Positions 59,392 to 64,000 of a stretch of DNA of 64,000 nucleotides are shown here, one piece after another. The DNA lies in the NCBI RefSeq assembly GCF_011745625.1, contig NW_027191480.1:186001-250000 (forward strand). Direction: 5' to 3'. The stretch comes from Cladosporium halotolerans. Lineage: Eukaryota. Position 1 is the stretch's first letter, and every line of letters starts with the position of its first letter. Below the pieces are notes generated by a model. The model had not been told where the DNA came from. It saw only the letters and a program-made list of their open reading frames with translations, and did no database searches. A program made the translations under genes and the position numbers.

Positions 59392-59478
59392 TGGCAAGGA
59401 TGAAAAAGAACAGATAGCCTAAAGCAAGCCGTCCCGGCTCGCATGACGAATCAACATTAGAGCTAAAGCTGACCGCCA
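59392..59478 (+). ncRNA. Box C/D snoRNA/scaRNA-like RNA, copy D
   Basis: TGGC-A-AGGATGA (59397-59403), AAAAGAACAGATA, D'-like CTAA, hairpin AGCCG/CGGCT, C'-like ATGACGA, D CTGA 59469-59472, then CC-GCCA. Confidence 0.62.
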
Positions 59479-59914
59479 ACCCCCCTCGGAAGTGATGATG
59501 CGATCTCCGCTGCTGAAGCGCAAGATGGCAAGAGCTGACAAGCTTGAAGTTCACAGATGACCACACAGGAGCCACGAGTCGAACACCACACCTTGAGGTG
59601 CAAGAGTTTACCAGACAAGGTGGTTTCTTCCGGGTGACAAAGCAGGATCCACTTGAGAGGCACGGCTTCCATGCACGCGCAAGCTAGCGTCGTCCAATGC
59701 GGAAACATTCTCCCTCGCTGCGAACGGAGTTTGCAAAAGAACTCTTCAAGAGCCGTTGAATCATACCAGCTTGGAGTGGCCAACTGCTTCTTGGTGTAGC
59801 GACGGCGCCTACATGGTCAGGAGTGGGAGCTCCATCGTTCTGGCCCTCCGAGGGAGCGATTGAGCAAGGTAAGAGCTCATTTCTTTGGCGCCATTTATGT
59901 CTGACCGAAGCCAC

Positions 59915-60059
59915 GCGGCAATGATGAAATTCTCACAGAGTACGTGACCTTCAGAAAGACAGAAAAATCTGATAAAATATCTGTTGTGGCCGCTGAAGGT
60001 CACATCACTCGCCGAGAAACCTGCAAGGAAGTTTTGTGCTGAACCTTGTTCTGAGCCGC
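59915..60059 (+). ncRNA. Intronic box C/D snoRNA candidate, unrelated in sequence to copies A-D
   Basis: GCGGC-A-ATGATGA (59921-59927)...CTGA (60051-60054)-GCCGC, with a perfect 11-bp internal helix 59944-59954/59993-60003. It lies in an intron-like segment: GTAAGA 59869, GCTAAC 60103, TAG 60127. Confidence 0.72.
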
Positions 60060-63000
60060 CGTAGTTGCAAGGAATCCTGACAATGTTCGAAGCAAGAAAC
60101 GCGCTAACAATCGGGCATGCTCGCTAGATCACAAGAATTGCTGCGACGAGCATCACGAAGCTCAGCCGATTACCAGCCTCCGACCAGATATTCCGATCGT
60201 CGCAAGCGGTAAGAAGGGCGTCTGCGGTCGGAAAGCACAGGTTACCCTCATGCGTACGGGTTGTCGCCTGTTAGCTGGCAGCCTTTGATACTTGCTGGAG
60301 GAAAAGTTCAGCAACACTGAGGCTTGCGGCAACGATGCTCGTTTTGACGAAAGGCGTCTATGATAACACCAGCAGGAGCAGGGACGGCTCGCCATGCGGC
60401 AGCGTTGACAGTTGCTCAGGCATGTCGTGCCCAGCACACTCTGGCACCTGGATCAGGTGAGTTGGTGTCTCGTAGCGATTCTATGGGGTTGGAGAGAGCG
60501 GGGATGTCGTTGGGCGGTTTGAAGGGACGGTTCCGGATATTCTTAGGCTTGCCACGAGCCATTCGTTTGATTGATCGGACCGTAGAGCAAATGAAAAGAG
60601 ACGCTTTTGAGACCCAATTCGACTTCGTCATCTTGATCCTCTCACAGATTTGTCACAGTAGCGTTGCTGACGGGCTGGATTGCACAGAAAACTATGCGCA
60701 GCAGCGTAGTGGCAGTGACGTTCGGGCCAGGCATTTTCAGGACCTGAATTCAGGATCGGCCTCTCCTAGTGATATCGGGATTGGATGTCGGCTCTTGCTG
60801 GCAGAAAAGCTTAACGCAAACGGACCCGCGGCTGCAATCATCGACAAGAATACCATTCGACAAGAATATCATTGGCCCGGATTAATGTGTTCCGACAAAG
60901 CAGATCATTGTCAATAATTGGAGGCCTTCTGATAACTTGCCTGATCCGGATCCAGCACCCGATACGTCGTTACCAGTTCAGAATCAGAACATGGCGCGGT
61001 CCTTGAAGTTCTTCACCAGTACATAACCCCAGGAGCAGCCGAAGATGTTTCGACGACACTCTTTGCAGCTATCGGGATCATATGGAGGATTGCATCTCCT
61101 AATTCAACTACTGGTGCCGGCAAGGCTTGAGCTAAATCCGGGCTGGCGATCCACATTCCGATGTCGCGTATGAACATACACGCCGGAAGTCTGTCGCCAA
61201 TATAAGCACATCGATTCGGGCTGTACATGGAAAGTTGGGATAATCAGAGCGAATACGGCAGCCTTGCCGCATTATTGTTCTCGAAAGAATGCCTATGCGC
61301 ACGTTCCGGCTTACGAGAAACTGCGCAAGATGCCCACTGCCTTTTCGGCACAGGAGTATTCCATTCGGACCAGCTACCACGATCGTGTGTGTGGCAAGTA
61401 CACGACCGAGCAAGTCTGGAAGCAGTCTGCGTATGGCTCGCAGATAAGTAGTGACTTGACGGCGCTGAGCTGCAGAGCAGTATGCGAATGAGCCTTCTCT
61501 TCGATGCTGTCTCACCCCACAGACTCTGTACAATCGGCGATGCTTTCGCCTCTGGCCATTCTACCGAGTGTCATGTCCACAACAGGCGCTTGATTCCCAA
61601 TGCAACCCTTCTCGCATGCGTCGGACGGGTCGTCGTGGTCTCGAAGAGGGCCGGTCCTTGGTGTGTGGAAAGTCGACCGCGTCGCAATTGATGAGCTGCA
61701 CGCGCCGAATATGTTCTATCGCCTCCGTGGAACAAATACGGGGCCAGAGTCTCGTCGAGGAAAACGGCTGCTGCCGGAGAAAGGATCCTCCAAGGTCTCA
61801 CGAGGTCATGCAGCGAGCCGGACTCGTTGCAAAGGAGACCCACCACAGCTGAACGCCATTGCCCCACGAGAGAAGCCGAATTCCGGCGGTGTCCAAAGTC
61901 TATCACGACTTCAGCTCGTCCATAATTATTTGTCTGCCATCGGCGCACTTCAGCACCCACGCGTGACATGACCTTTGCAGATCTTCTGTCGGCTGCTGAA
62001 CTGACTGGTCCGATGTTGCTTTGGTCATCCCTCAATGAACAGCGCTGAAGTCTGTGCTTGCTCCTACAGCCCGCAGAAGCTTGTCTCTCACTGGACGCTG
62101 ATTGTGCCTTGCCGGCCTTTCAACACCCAAGAATGGATTTTGCAACATGTGAATCCCAAGTCGTGGCTTTCCTGGGGTTTCAAATGGTTTTGTGATCAAC
62201 CGGCTGCCGTCTGAAAGCGGCTGCTATCCGTCCAGCTACGCTCTGCAAGACACGCGAAACTGCGCGTCCGAATTTCAAATGCCTTGTCATCCACGCAGGT
62301 CGTCTACAGAGCCTGTCGCGCCAGCCCTTCATCGAGCGATGTTGATAGTGGAGTACCATCTCTCGAGCACCGACTGTATCCGCCTCTTGCAAGATACCAA
62401 ACTGCATACCATCACCAGGCTTCTTGCATGAGCTGTGCTCGCCCTACCTGTGGCGTAAACCGGGGTCGAACTCCTTGTCACAAACAAAAGAGCGCTTCGA
62501 TCGCGGATGTCAGGTCGTTGCGCTACGTGCAGAGATTGCCCAATCCGATACTCTTGTTAACGGCGAGGTCTTTGTGCTTCGGGTCACGCAGCAATTGGAG
62601 AAATACACAATGTCGCGTGGCAAACTGACATTGAGCGAGGGATGCGTCTCTCGATGCCGTCCTCGTGCTGCAAGATCACCAGTCTGGATCTCGCTGTCAC
62701 CAGCAGATCATGAGATATGCCTTGAGCATGTAAAGAACCTCGGCCGGCGATCTTCGGTGGCATGCTGCCGATGGCGAATGGCAATGAGTGCAACAAGCGT
62801 CCAGGAGGTGCCACGGTCAAGGAGTCGAAGGTCATCGGCGTCGTCGCAATGCAATGTCGTGTCTGCGATCGCATTCCATCCATGGGTCCTCCTTGGCGAC
62901 GTTCCGGGCACTCCAGCAGGGGAGCGTGTTTCACGTCAGGCGTAGTGTTGCGTCCTGAAGAGGGTGCTTTGTATGGCAAAACAAGAGCGTGCCAAGCCTC

Positions 63001-64000
63001 AGTCGGCTCTCAGCGCAGCCCACCGGCATGAGCGGCAGCACCCCATGCCTGCGATATCTTAACAACGACACGTTAGTACACCATCAGATCTTTAACGGTG
63101 CATGCATACACCGAGGGCTTGTACCTCTGCCCAAAAGATCACTGTTCGGAGGCTTGTGGCTCGCACAATTGAACTGTTGGCGAGGCTGGTGAGGCAAACA
63201 AGCCCAACCTTTATAAGCCTTTTCACACTGTGCATGACGTCTTACGAGACATGGACTCACGGTAAGGCGCTCGGCCTCTCTTCATTAGATGCGTAGTAAC
63301 TAACGATGGTCCAGAGTTCAATCCCCGGGTCATGACCCGTAAAGAAAGTGAAACGCCCCAGCTGCCACCTGGGCCCACTTTCCGCCGCCACAAAGGCTGG
63401 TTTTCGTTTTGCATATTCGAGATACACCGGTCCAATCTTTTTGCGATAACCAACCTTTTACACACGACATTATGGTACCCTTGCCGCGGTTGAAGCGTCA
63501 CTGGTCCAGTCCGCACATACTGAAAACTCTGCCACCGCCAGCCGACTTCCCTCCGACAACAACCACGGCTACTCCAGTCCTGCAACCGGTGCCCCTTCTC
63601 AGACGCCGTCACAGCGCACGACTGTCGGTCCCTGTACCGATTATTTCCGGTGTTGGAGCTGTAGCTTGCAAAAACACCACTTTCTCATCGATATCATATG
63701 CCACACGCTATCAACACAGCAACGTGCTCGGAGCAGACAAAGAGCGTTGGAGGATTGCTGAGGTCTATCGGGGGATCCAAGAATGTTTGTAAGCACAAGC
63801 AAAAATCGCGCAATGTGAGTACGCGCATAGTCTAACATCACATCGCATTGCCTGCCTCAAGCCCTTTTTCGATGAGCTCCAATTTCACAATCCGCTATCC
63901 CACAAACACGGTCCCATTGGCAGAACAAACCCCTGATGAGACGACAACCTGTTACCCTCACGATATTCGCATTGCTCATGTTGAATTCTCACTGCTAAGT

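Larger units (their letters stand above)
58561..59556 (+). repeat. Tandem array of four ~248-nt intron+mini-exon units
   Basis: GTAAG(T) donors at 58611, 58861, 59107 and 59354 (alternative GTGAGT 59359). Branch motifs GTTGAC, GCTAAC, GCTGAC, GCTGAC. Acceptors end at 58812, 59059, 59306 and 59556. Spacers are 48, 47 and 47 nt. Units 2 and 3 share long identical runs. Confidence 0.9.

Noticed and set aside
58611..59556. CRISPR-like repeat/spacer array
   Set aside because: The context is eukaryotic, the repeats are ~200 nt and diverged, and there are no cas genes. Splice signals and C/D boxes explain the structure better.
58611..59556. U3 snoRNA copies (AGGATGA resembles the U3 C' box)
   Set aside because: No U3 5' domain (box A'/A, 18S-pairing sequence) is visible, and the modules are too short.
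63234..64000. Possible spliced + strand gene (intron-like 63262-63314 and a donor near 63815)
   Set aside because: The joined frame (MTSYETWTHEFNPRV...) stops after about 68 codons and resembles no family I recognise. It may be a decayed gene or run off the window.
56200..64000. Transposon or RIP-degraded repeat region
   Set aside because: No transposase, RT or integrase motifs, no terminal repeats, and no AT-rich TpA-enriched composition visible by eye.

Overview
Eukaryotic, intron-containing, GC-rich DNA from a filamentous ascomycete. The short GT..CTRAC..YAG introns and the gene set are compatible with a Dothideomycete, which is an inference. From 0.6 to 56 kb it is a gene-dense housekeeping region. 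It carries chorismate mutase (ARO7), an AT-hook protein, SPX-ankyrin-GDPD GDE1, a Cys-repeat protein, SEN54, a zinc-knuckle protein, a PPIL3-type cyclophilin, an arrestin-like protein, a La-motif/Arb1 fusion, an intron-containing tRNA-Val(AAC) and a decayed AAA-ATPase. Further on are a C2H2 transcription factor with a 6.6 kb upstream intergenic region, NTO1/BRPF, cystinosin-like ERS1, an HMT1-like half ABC transporter, a PPR protein, ERG8, a CaaX-anchored ubiquitin-like protein, UMP1 and an orphan Cys-rich protein. From about 56.2 to 64 kb there is no convincing protein-coding gene. The most striking feature lies there, at about 58.6-60.1 kb on the + strand. It is a tandem array of four ~248-nt units, each a ~200-nt intron-like segment plus a 47-48-nt exon-like spacer. 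Each intron holds a box C/D snoRNA-like module with a terminal stem, a compensatory-changed internal hairpin and a guide complementary to U2 snRNA next to its branch-site recognition sequence. An unrelated fifth intronic C/D RNA follows. Secondary highlights are an in-frame TGA-CAA-CCA readthrough or splice switch plus alternative donors in the C2H2 gene, and the La-Arb1 fusion. All calls come from manual reading; no searches were run.
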